A DNA stretch of 57,502 bases from Catajapyx aquilonaris. Its lineage: Eukaryota. Of the stretch, positions 37,001 through 47,122 are shown in pieces. The notes beneath the pieces are model-generated. The model ran no database searches, had not been told where the DNA came from, and saw nothing but the letters and a program-made list of their open reading frames with translations. The translations under genes and the position numbers were made by a program. The stretch is taken from assembly GCA_000934665.2 (NCBI GenBank), contig KZ538631.1, positions 1 to 57,502 of the forward strand, written 5' to 3'. Within the stretch, counting starts at the first letter, position 1; each line of letters begins with the position of its first letter.

Positions 37001-40000
37001 AGGGAGACCTTAAATTTGGTCGAGAAGCTGAGGCTCAACTATGCCAAGAAGTCCAGTTTGCAGACCAAAGAGGGTGGGAGTGTAGTGGACTTGCCCCCAC
37101 CACCAACTCCAGGGCCACCACCAACTCCTGCTCCACGCTTGGAAAGAGAGAATGATATGCCTGGATCTCCTGAGCTGGGAATACCTCCCACCCCAAGACC
37201 AAGGCGGGGATCAACTGAGGAGGAGGCAGATTTTTCAAAGCCACCCCCCACCCCTAAGGTATGGCCTTCTGGTCAACCAGAGATGCCTGCTCCACTTGGA
37301 GCAAGTGCCAGGGAAGAAAAGGCAGACAAGACTAAAGCAGCCCAAGCTGATGAGCGATGGGTTCCACCTTCTTCTCCACCATCTTTAGGCCCACCCTTAG
37401 CCCCACCTATAATGGACCAACCTCCTACTCCAATGCCAATGGAATCATGCTGTATGATGGATCAGCCCAAGATGCCATATCTACCACCCCCGTCCCCCCA
37501 GATGCTGGCCCCACCCTTAGCTCCACCCCCGGCCCTTCCCCCAAGCTCTTCCTCTTTCCAGTTTTTCCCAATGATGGAGACACCTTTGAGTGTGGCAACT
37601 TCTTTCGGTCCAACTTCTGGGCCGCCCCTGCCCACACCCCCTATCCCCTTCGACTCTAGCATGATATCACGCCTGTCTCCACCTCCAGTCACCTCATCAC
37701 CAATCCATGGGTCCAGGTCACCTGCAAACATGTTGCTGTCCAATCATGATCACCTCTCGGCCCCTCCACCAACTCCAGGTGGCCTCTTATCGATTCCTTC
37801 ACCACCACCTCACACCTTAGCCCCACCTCCTACCAGTTTACCCAGCTGTCAGTACAGCACACCGAAGACAATGGAAATGCTACCACCTCCTCTTAGTCCT
37901 ATGCCACCTACCCCTATGCCAATGCAGAGGGAAGAAGGGAGGACAAGGTATGACATGAGTGATATGTCTGACATTGAAGAAGGCATGTCTGGTATGGCCA
38001 CTCCAAGGCACAGCATGGTTGAGAACAACATGGCCATTGCTCCTGTTTTATCAACGAGGCACGGAATCGACAGCATGTCTGCTATGCCTACAAGACAGAT
38101 GGACGATATTGGCATTGTACCTACAAGACAGATGGAAAATGTACCAGGTGTAGCACCGACCCATACGGATATTGTTCCTGAAGTATCAAACAGACAGATG
38201 AGTGACAATATAGCCAGTTCATCAACAAAGCAGAACACTACTCTCAACATGGCTGGAATGTCGACCAGGCAGAACATGACCAACAGTGTAGCTGATGATA
38301 ACCTACAGAGGCAAAGCATGGGAGAAACTACTATAGTTGAAGTTGCAATCACTCGTAGTGTAATTGATACAATGCCAGACATCATACCTATTGTTACCAC
38401 TGCTTCTCATGACATGTCAGAGTCATTAGAAATGCCTGTGATGGCTACATCAAGACGTGGGATAGCTAGCACAAAGGTCTCAGAGTCCAGCCAAGGCACT
38501 AGACGCAGTGTGGGTGACAACAAAGATGAAACTAATGTGAGGCGAAGTTTGGCAGAAACTGTCATTGATCTGGTTGCTAGGAGAGATCATGCACTTGCAT
38601 CCACACCAGCAATGTCAACACGACGCAGCACTATGGCAGCAGCTTCTCCCAAGGTGGATGACATGCCTTCTACACCATCACCATCTGTGGCCAAACTTCT
38701 CCCACCACCTACCCCAGAGGCCCTGCCAACACGTTCTCCCCGTCGTAGGTCTCCAAAATCTGCAACACCCCGCAGATCTGCCCGCTTTGAGGATGAACCA
38801 TTTGTACCAGCCTCACTCACCAAAGCAGCAACGAAAAAGGCAGCCGTCGCTTCAAAAATGGCAGTCAGTCGAGCCATGTACAATCCTGGGCGTATGACAC
38901 CAAGACGTTCTGGGCGAGGGCGAGGGCGAAGTCCTCGTGGTGGACATGCTGTTGTCAGGAAGGACTTGCAGGGTACTGTGTATGACTTTGACAATGATGA
39001 ATTTGGCACTGATGGACAGGATAAAGTAGAGGACCTTCGCATGATGCGCGAGAGAAGACGGTCAACTGATTTCCACTTTCACCCAACTGCGGCTGAGAAG
39101 AAAGCAGCACCTCCGGAGGAAGCACCTGATGCAAATGGGGTTTCAGAGGAAGTACCCCCATTTATATCAACTTCTGTGACAACAGCAGCAGCCCCAACGA
39201 CACCAACCACAACCTTCCCAGACTTGCAGCCACCATTGCCTGGTCCAGTGGACATGCGTACCTACAGCTCCTATGAACCAGCACCATCACCCTTGCCAGT
39301 GTCAGCATATCAGAACCACATCTTCTCTAGGGATAATGACATTCCTATGTCATTTGCTACTGACCGGCATATGGCTGATTTTGAAGATCTGGACAAAGAG
39401 CTGGAGAGGGCTCTTGCTTCCACACATAAGCCTGCAGAAACTACTCCAGAAATGCCAGTTACCAACTCAGAGGTGATTGCAGCAAAAGCAATTGGGTACA
39501 TCAATGTCTTAAGCAACATGATTGGTGCAGCTCCTGAGGCAAAATCACCACCACCAACACCAGCTCCTGTGATGCCAACACCAATACCAGAGGAGCCAGC
39601 TGCAGAACTCAAGGCACCCCTTCCAGATTACCGTAATCAGCTGAAAGTCAAAATTAAAGGTCCATTTTTGGATGCTAACTACTCATCGTCTGTGGCACCT
39701 CCTACTCCAGCAATGGCTCCACTTGAGACTACACCAGCACCATCAGGAACATCTAACTTACGCCGAATGCGCAAGAAGGAGCTGTTACGTCAGTACTGGA
39801 ACCAGGATGCTAACCCAGAAGAAGCACCTGTGATGGCACCAGTGTTTATTCCAGCAGTGACACCACAGCCACCAGTGAATCGGACTATTATTACCATACC
39901 AAAGGCAGTTGCATCAATGACATCAATACCTACCAAGGAGGATTATAAAGACTACAAAATGGGAGATGTGGCGGTTGTGGATAAGAAAAAGCGCCGTGGA

Positions 40001-41095
40001 GGAACTGGACGAGAGTTGCGTAACCTGGACTGGCACAGTCGGAACAGGAGTGATCGTCACAATCGAAGTGCTGGTGATGGTACACCAGTGCCCCCTCCAG
40101 AGACACCAGCTCGTAGAGGTGGACGACCTTCACGGACGAGATCAACATTTATACCACCACCCCTGGTTGAAGAGGCTGGTGCTGCTGCACCAAATGCTGC
40201 ACCAATTTCAGCACCAAAGCTCAAGATCAAGCTAGGTGAACTACCAACAGAATCTGCTCCACCAGTCTCTGATGGAGTCAAGCGTGGACGTGGTCGCCCT
40301 CCAAAGAAGCGGCTTCCATCATCGTCCATGACCTCACCATCACCTGGCTGTGATCCTGCACCACCAGTTTCAGCAGGAGCTGGATTCCCGAGTGTGGATG
40401 AACTTCGTCGCCAAAGTATGAAGTTCCGTGAAATGATAATGGCAGATTTTGTGAAAGAGGAGAAGGAGGAAATCTTGCAACTGGCTGGTACCCGAAGGCG
40501 CAAAAAGGGCCATGGGTCAGGCTCATCAAGACGTGGATCAGTTACGACAGATACAGATACACAATCGGCCGGGTGTCCATCACCAGCTGGATTGCCAGAC
40601 ATGGACGCTGCTGGACAGGTGCGAATAATTGGATGTGGGGACGAGTCTGCCCCAAAACTGATCATCCGGTTTGGGAAGAAAAAGGACGCGGAAGTGGTCC
40701 CAGATAGTGATCCACCCCCTCCACCTCCACCTCCACCACCCCCACCCCCACCCCCAGCCCCCTCAGTGCCATCGAGCAGGGAACCGGAGCCTCCACCCCC
40801 TCCTAAGACTCCACCACCAGTGTCAGAAGCCCCACCCCATGCCCCTCTGCAAGCACCTCTTACCACTGAGGAAGCTCCACCCCTCCCTCCAACAATAAGG
40901 ACGCCTAATGATGGAGTAGTGAAGCTCATGCCAATCAGGCTCAGGCTTTCCAGGTGCTTTGACCGATATGTGATTCCTAATGAGAACAAGGGGAAGAGCA
41001 CAGAGAGTGGGGAAGGAGGAGAGACCACACCAGGGGGGCCAACCACCCCTGGAGTTGCCTCCGGGCCCAATCCAGGGAGTTGCCAGGTGAAGTGA
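15925..41095 (+). CDS. rno: PHD finger protein rhinoceros (JADE/BRPF-like EPC-N + PZP scaffold), ~2,877 aa. Coding exons 15925-15973, 17866-18283, 24133-24296, 27714-27862, 28907-29194, 30561-30734, 30809-30951, 31045-31165, 31248-31370, 31814-33099, 35377-41095
   Basis: Family motifs: [85 protein letters not shown] (PHD1), [31 protein letters not shown] (PHD2), [20 protein letters not shown]. All 10 introns are GT-AG with matching phases; total 8,634 nt. Confidence 0.95.
17866..18283 (+). CDS. rno: rno coding exon 2 (JADE N-terminal region)
   Basis: ctgcag|GC...CT|gtaagt; encodes [14 protein letters not shown] and [12 protein letters not shown]. Confidence 0.93.
18913..19004. repeat. (TAT)n microsatellite
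   Basis: About 30 trinucleotide units; produces the spurious poly-Tyr ORF. Confidence 0.95.
19912..20346. mobile_element. Harbinger-like MITE
   Basis: TIR AGGCCCCTACACA..GTGAAACACGC; flanks TGA / TTA. Confidence 0.8.
20395..20855. mobile_element. Degraded MITE containing a perfect 84-bp hairpin (20452-20535)
   Basis: Ends CCTTGTGCTGC..TAGTAAGAATTCTCAC / GTGAGAATTCTCACTA..GCAGCATAAGG. Confidence 0.65.
20989..21429. mobile_element. Intact copy of the CAGGGTGAAGGG MITE family (441 bp)
   Basis: Long TIRs; colinear with 4134-5207 once the nested insert is removed. Confidence 0.88.
22159..22469 (+). mobile_element. tRNA-derived SINE, family A
   Basis: 13-bp TSD TATAAGTGGTTTA (22146-22158 / 22470-22482); B box GGTTCGAATCC. 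Confidence 0.88.
22777..23166. mobile_element. Tc1-like MITE (CAGT ends, TA TSD)
   Basis: TIR CAGT(A/C)CCGTTCATAAA(T/G)AATGGTA(C/T)GACT. Confidence 0.82.
24133..24296 (+). CDS. rno: rno coding exon 3 (EPC-N/EPL1-like, [11 protein letters not shown])
   Basis: ttgcag|A...G|gtgagt; phases match neighbours. Confidence 0.93.
24347..24671. mobile_element. TA-flanked MITE 50 nt downstream of rno exon 3
   Basis: CAGGAGAACCCCGATTATCC / GAATAATCAGGGTATTACTG; TA on both sides. Confidence 0.7.
26198..26416. mobile_element. hAT-type MITE
   Basis: Perfect 8-bp TSD CCCTAAAG; TIR CAG(T/C)GGTTTCC(G/A)ACC; repeated GCGACCCC subterminal motifs. Confidence 0.92.
26804..27320. mobile_element. Fold-back MITE (517 bp), imperfectly palindromic along most of its length
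   Basis: CAGGGAGTT..AATTCAGCCAACAAACTTG..AAACGCCATCTAGA mirrored at the right end. Confidence 0.85.
27714..27862 (+). CDS. rno: rno coding exon 4 (start of PHD1)
   Basis: Encodes [35 protein letters not shown]; ttgcag / gtaagt. Absent from the ORF track. Confidence 0.93.
28251..28433 (+). mobile_element. SINE family A, 3'-truncated
   Basis: ACCGAAGCAGGTTG..CCGACTGCTAATCGGGAGGTCCTGGGTTCGAATCCC head. Confidence 0.85.
28907..29194 (+). CDS. rno: rno coding exon 5 (PHD1 and Zn knuckle)
   Basis: Encodes [38 protein letters not shown]; ttctag / gtcagt. Confidence 0.95.
29665..29855. mobile_element. Internally deleted relative of the 12043 MITE
   Basis: GAGTGCGTTTACATGGGACTAAAAATCGGC TIR; ATA flanks; shared internal blocks in inverted orientation. 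Confidence 0.8.
30561..31370 (+). CDS. rno: rno coding exons 6-9 (30561-30734, 30809-30951, 31045-31165, 31248-31370): PHD2 and post-PZP helices
   Basis: [51 protein letters not shown]; 74-93 nt GT-AG introns. Confidence 0.93.
31814..33099 (+). CDS. rno: rno coding exon 10
   Basis: Begins [16 protein letters not shown]|gtcagt donor in phase 2. Confidence 0.9.
35377..41095 (+). CDS. rno: rno terminal coding exon (5.7 kb; Ser/Pro-rich disordered tail with AT-hook)
   Basis: 1,920-codon ORF; ttacag|T acceptor completes the phase-2 codon AG+T; ends SCQVK*. Confidence 0.9.
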
Positions 41096-44000
41096 GATGT
41101 GGGATATGGGGTGGAGTGAAGTAGCAAGAAGAAAAAAAGACACCCCGGCACAGTGAAACGTACAAATCCACTTTTGAGAAGGGGTGCCAGGCAGATAAGT
41201 GTTTCCAGACAGTTGATACCAGACAAGAAGCACATTACACATGAAAATTCCATTGTTGAAACAACACATACAGAGGTCATTTGGAAGGATCAATTGTTAC
41301 TTTCTTACACTGCAGGATTATTATTGTGAGTAGTTGCCTCTCAAGTAACTGCCACAAAGTTAGTCTTATTCAGAGTATACCTTTTATTTGCCATTTTTAT
41401 GAAGGGTGCAGGGGGGGTACTGAGGAAGCGAAGTGAATATGTTTGCCTGCAGGTTACCATTTTTTGGGAGGCATATGCAGAAGACTCATTAAAGCCGCAA
41501 GATATAGATTCCTTTTTATATAAAAGGAGGGTTCATTTTTTAAATATGCAGAAGACATTTTTAAAGCCGCAAGGTAGAGATTGCTTTTTATATGAAAGGA
41601 AGATTCATTTTTTATTGTATGCAGAAAGAGCTCATTAAATATAAAGGGACTGAGAAGGGTCGGTGTTATGCTGTTGTCAAACAGTGTTGGTCATCAATAA
41701 GGAAGGATAGTGGCTAGGTAAGAATATGGATTGAAAGAGTCAGTAGGGATCAAGGTCTGTGACATAGACATTGGTTAATATTTATCTGGAATTACCTTCA
41801 CATGTCAAGGATTATAATCAAAAGTTGCTCTTTTATAAAGGTTAAGTTCTAGGGGTGACAAATGTCACTGTTAAGCATTATTATTATTATTTGGATTTTT
41901 CTGGTATATTGCAGCATTTTAAGGAAACATTGCACTTTTACTTCAATGTGGATGACTGGTTGTGGGTACTACCAGTGCACTTTGCAAATAATTAATGACA
42001 GTATTGGAAAGGAAACTCATGAGCACCTCAACATGCTGCTTTCATGAATGGTGTACTAAACAAGGTTATAAAAATTATTAGATATGACATCTTAGGAGTA
42101 GCACCAACTGGAACTGTTGAAAATGTTCACCAAAACATAGCTGTACACATTGGGATTATCAAAAATTTGCAGACAATTTCGTTGGGAACTGCCCAGCGTC
42201 AGTAGGAAAACATTGTATCTCTTAATTATACATTGCTGGCTGGAAATGCACATCAGTGCCTGGTGCCCTTTGCTCTCAAGGACTTTTTTGTGTATAAGAT
42301 AACACAGGCCTAAGAAAGAAAAAAAAAAAGCAGCAAAACGAGGAAGTTCTTCAACCATCAACTCGTAGATTTGCTAAGTGTTTTAAAAACCAAGTGTCCA
42401 CAGTTATTGTTTGTTTTTTCCAAAAGAGCTTTTTTTTACCCTTACCTGTTATTTTTATTGCATCACTTGCATTACCTGGTACATTTATTTTGAGAATGAC
42501 TTTTTGAAATTGTTGTGTCCTCGTAGTATTTAATGCGCAAAAAAAAAACATGTACACACACTTTACACACACAAATGACTGTCTCTCTCTGTCAAAGTTG
42601 AACATATAATCTTGTATATTAGAACAGTACCACTCATTTCCCCCTTTTTCCATGCAGGAAAAATACAAGAGAAAAAGAGAAAAAAAATGATAGTGCACTT
42701 TTGCGACCTTAGGTCACTCAAGAGTGCTTAAAACTCGTTATAATTACTGTAAAGAGGTCTGTTAAACGTGTGTGCTCCTCTATGTGGATACATATTTTTG
42801 TACATAAGATATTGTATGATATTACCTTGAAAAGGGGAGAAAAATAAAGTTTCTTTTTAATATGGGGTTTGGGGATGGGAGGGAATGGGGAGGGAAAAAA
42901 GTGGATCAAATAATGAAACTGCACAAGTGTTAGGTCTCCCCCATTTTACAAAGTGTGTAAGGGCAGTTATGGACACATGATGTGAGTTTTTTTTTGTTTT
43001 TTTGTTTTTTTTGTTTTTTTGTACTGGATTCAAAGGGAGGAAAGGGTCATCTGGATCAACTTTTGCCATTTTTTTTATTGGTCGGGGTGTGAGGCTGTGA
43101 TAGTGGGGTTGGGGGCGGGGGAAGGATATGATATTCAAAATAGTGTGTAAAATTTTCAACGAGTGCTGCCAGATATTAATTGTAACAGTACAAAGGTACC
43201 ATATGGTGTAATTACAGCATAGGCCAAACAGATTCTAAAGAGCACTCACAGAATGTATGAGTGTTGTGCCAGAAACATATGGAGTAACTTATTTGGCAGA
43301 AGAGCCTGTGCTTTATGGCATATGATTTTAGCAATGCATTATGCAAATTAGGTTCAAGGTCGACCGATGGGAGGGGTGGATTCGAGGTGGTTTTTTCAAT
43401 GAGTTGGTCCAGTCACACGCCTTTCCTCCTATCCAGGGCCACATGTTTTTTCATCACATATTTTATTTTTATTATTGTCATTACTTTTACAAGTGCCAAG
43501 TGTGTGCAATAATCATATTTTCTTTTCCACTGTACTCCTCCCAGCATGAGCATGTTTCAAATATATTTATTTTATATATTTATGAGGAGGATACAATGCA
43601 TTGTTTTGTCAAAAATTCTGTTGACGTTTACTAAAGAAAAAATCCCAGCATCATTTGTCACCACAAATTCTATGACAAGGCAGCTTCTCGCGTTGTGTGC
43701 AAGTTCCATTTACATGACTGCGAGCGTAGTTGACAGTCATATGAGGCATTCACATGAAGAACGATCAGATAGTCACTTTGGTGATATTGACATAACTGCA
43801 GTCTTTCTAGTTAAGGTTCTTGACAAGAGATTTGGTTTGTGAGATTATTGCAATATCTGCAATGTTTCACTGGTTTCCCATTCGTAAATGTATCGCTGAG
43901 GGCACAAAGTACGCGTGTTTAATTTATTGTTTACAGAATTTGAAAGCACATGTGTCCATGACATTATTGTTTGATTGGGCATGTTTGTTCACACACGACT

Positions 44001-44900
44001 GCTCATGGAGATGTTCTCATAGTACAGTAATTTTATATGACCCATATGGTCCAAGTGTATCATAAGACAGCAAATTCACGTCAGTTTCACTAATTTTGAG
44101 ACCTGGTTGCTTTTCCTGTGGATGCCTCACATGTTTGGGCACTGTTACGTTCAGGTGCAAGTCAGTGTGAATGTGAGTGCATGCGACATGACATTGTGAG
44201 CCAGGAAATGTGACTGAAAGATTCAATCCAGTGCTTAGGTTTGCAACTCAACACAGGAGTAGGATATCTCTTTTCTCTCTTTTGAGGGAGTTACACTGAG
44301 TCCAGGGTTTGGAGGAGACCATTTAATGCTCACGCTGCTGTACATATGAAGTGCTTTGTGTGTCTTCAAAGTGTCTTCTCACTTGTTTTGTATCTCCTTG
44401 ACCTGTCCTTCCCCTGCCCCAATTTTTTGAACCTGGTCTTCAGCCCTGGGCTCATGTCTTAACTACTGCAAACAATGGCTGAGAGACTACAAGTCTTGGT
44501 TTTAAAAAGGTCACTAATCAGAAGTTTTGAGCACACCATTTTTTCCCTCCCCATATTATGTTCAAAGGGAATTTTAAAAATAATAAAAAGGAGGAAAAAA
44601 AACAGTGGATTATTATACTGCAAGTCAAGTTGATAGCTGTACAAATCACTTTTTTGTACATAATACATATGGTCGAATTAATTTTAGGGCAGTGCTGTAC
44701 TTCTCTTCCTGTCTCCCCATGTACATACCGACAAAAAAACATTGTGAGCAGATTCTATTCGCCTGTAAAAAAAAAAAAAAAAGGAAAAAGATAAGTACGC
44801 GGCTGTTTATGTGCACAGAAAACTTAGTGTTAAGAGGAACGTGGTGAAATATAATCCATTTTTTTAGCGGCATAGTCTGGACACTTTTTATTACATCCTA
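41096..44900 (+). other. Probable long rno 3' UTR (end uncertain; AATAAA at 42843 and 44582)
   Basis: AT-rich, homopolymer-rich sequence after the stop with no recognisable mobile elements, unlike the introns. Confidence 0.55.
41452..41640 (+). repeat. ~72-bp degenerate tandem repeat (about 2.5 units) in rno 3' UTR
   Basis: TATGCAGAA recurs at ~41474, 41545 and 41618; AAAGCCGCAAG occurs twice. Confidence 0.8.
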
Positions 44901-46779
44901 CCTTTCTTATTGTTATCTACTGAGATAAAAGAATGAGGGCAGATAAAAGGCCACAGGGATTTATTTTCCAGTTCACCTGTGATAGAGCAGTTTGAAGCAG
45001 GCTGGCTGGTACAGTGTTGCAGTAGTACAGGCTGGAATTCCACAGATACAGGTAAGGTACAGGGAGACTGCCTTCAAAGCGACTCCAATAATTGGATTAA
45101 TCGATTAGTACCATTTTCAGGCTGCCAAATGTATTGATCATTAGGTGAATAGTGCTAATTGTGGAGCAGTATGATGTTGCCAAACTGAAGGAGTTTGCAT
45201 GGCAACTTTGAAGCACAAGAGAATTCCTAGTCTAGTGAGTGTTACATGTTTTGTGTGTTTTTGTCATTTGGTTCGAATACATATTCATATTGGCGTGTTC
45301 GATCAGTCAAGTTATGTGGGTCAGAGATAAGGCACTTGGGATTCGGAGACGTCGCAAAAAATATTAGCTGGATAAAGCGGCATCAGATCATTCATTACTG
45401 CGGCTTTCAACTGATATGCACTGCAGCTGCATTGTGTGAATAGTAGGTTGCGTTTAACCGTCGGATATAGAACACTCCCGAAAACTGCATTAATATGGCG
45501 GGCCTTGTACTTCGCCAATAGTAGATGTCAATCTCTGTCTGCATGTGACTGCTTTTACTGGCAAACAAGTGCAGGAAATTGCAATTTCCTGCGAATCATA
45601 AGATACGCAATAGTCCATGGGCAAGGTCACCTTCAGGAGCATTTCTGGCTCGTTCTGTCGGAAAATGACGGTTTCAAAATAAGCCCGAAGACGCAACATC
45701 CTCCAATGACATGTCTCACACATTTCCTTGATACACAACAACGTATCAAGTAGTGGATGTGTCGAAGCAATTGACAATTGTTTTGCACAGAGAAGAACGT
45801 TGGTTTCCTACGGAAGAAGCAACACCAAAATTATACATTCCATTTTCTTCCATTCGTACACTCTGATTCGTATGCTACAGTATACAAATGAATTATGCTT
45901 TTTTTAAACGATTGGAATAGTGTAAAATAGCCGGATATTTTGACTAATCGGAACGGTTTTCCGGATTTTAAGTAATATATGGCTTTTTTCTACAAACGGT
46001 CGAACTTTTTCAGAAACTGCCTTTTTATGTCCATTAGGACGGACATCGCTTGTTGAAATGACTCCAAATCTTATTAACATCCAAAAATTTAGGAAATGAG
46101 CCTGTCACACTGTCGTTCGTGTTTGCTTTTCTGGGAAATCCCCGAAGGACATGTGCGTATATTTTAAGGATTCAATCACTGTAATTTATGCAGAGATTCC
46201 CTCTATTATGGGGTCAGACACCAAGTAGTAGTTAGGCAAATTTCGGAGTCATTTTTTGAAAGATTTGGATCAAAATTATTCAACAGTATCATTAGACCCG
46301 CTTCAGAATACAAACCCGATTAACGTGACCTTTAACACAAATTATGCAGCTTCCTATAAAAACGAATGAGAATTTTTGTCATTTGTCAATCCGTACTTAT
46401 TAATAAATAGAAAAAATATTGTACAGTATATACAAGTAGTCGTTAATAGTCATAATGCAGGTTTAAAATAATAATAAGCCGCCTGGCCTATGTTTGTCTT
46501 TATGCAGTCTATATGCTTGTCATGCCTGGATGTCACGATGTCACCGCAACATTGTTCTCTATTTCTACACGTGCCAATTCTCCAGACTTGAACGTGAAGG
46601 TTGGAAGAGTAGCTATCAAAGGAGCTATACGCTTTTTATTGGGCTATTTTGACAACTTGAATTTCCTGCCATTTTCGCATTACACGGATGAGCCGGTCGA
46701 ATAGCGCCATTAGAACTTTCGCGGAATAACATTCGCAACATTTTGTGTTTGAAACCGGCGCGATCATTGCCTCTATTTA

Positions 46780-47122
46780 GATACACCGGGCGCAAAAATA
46801 CGTCACTACCAGCAAATATTGGCCTTTCCTGAACGAATGACCCTGCGGGTTGGGTCAAAATGTGGGTGAACCGGAGTGCACCATGGCCATTTGAAATTGG
46901 GCAATTTTTGCGTGGGAGTGTAAAGCGAGTGGGTGGTGACAAAAGGGTGCGGGGTTAGGATGTGGAGGGTATAGAAAAGCGGTGAGGTGGTTGGTTGGGA
47001 GGGGCAAGGGATGTAGGGGGTCGTTGGGGGTGTATTTGGGATCAATATGGCTGCGGCGGCGGCCTAGTAGAGAATCTAAAAGAGAAGTTCTTCAGTGGCT
47101 GTCCCTGAGCCCTAGGAGGGAC
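46780..47122 (+). promoter_or_regulatory. nwk promoter / 5' UTR
   Basis: CpG-rich; G-run cluster 46997-47040 followed by CAATATGGCTGC (47043-47054), about 80 nt before the ATG. Confidence 0.6.

Noticed and set aside
35371..41293. Long antisense and alternate-frame ORFs (407, 321, 266, 253 aa)
   Set aside because: Shadows of the GC-rich rno exon; low complexity and no independent signals.
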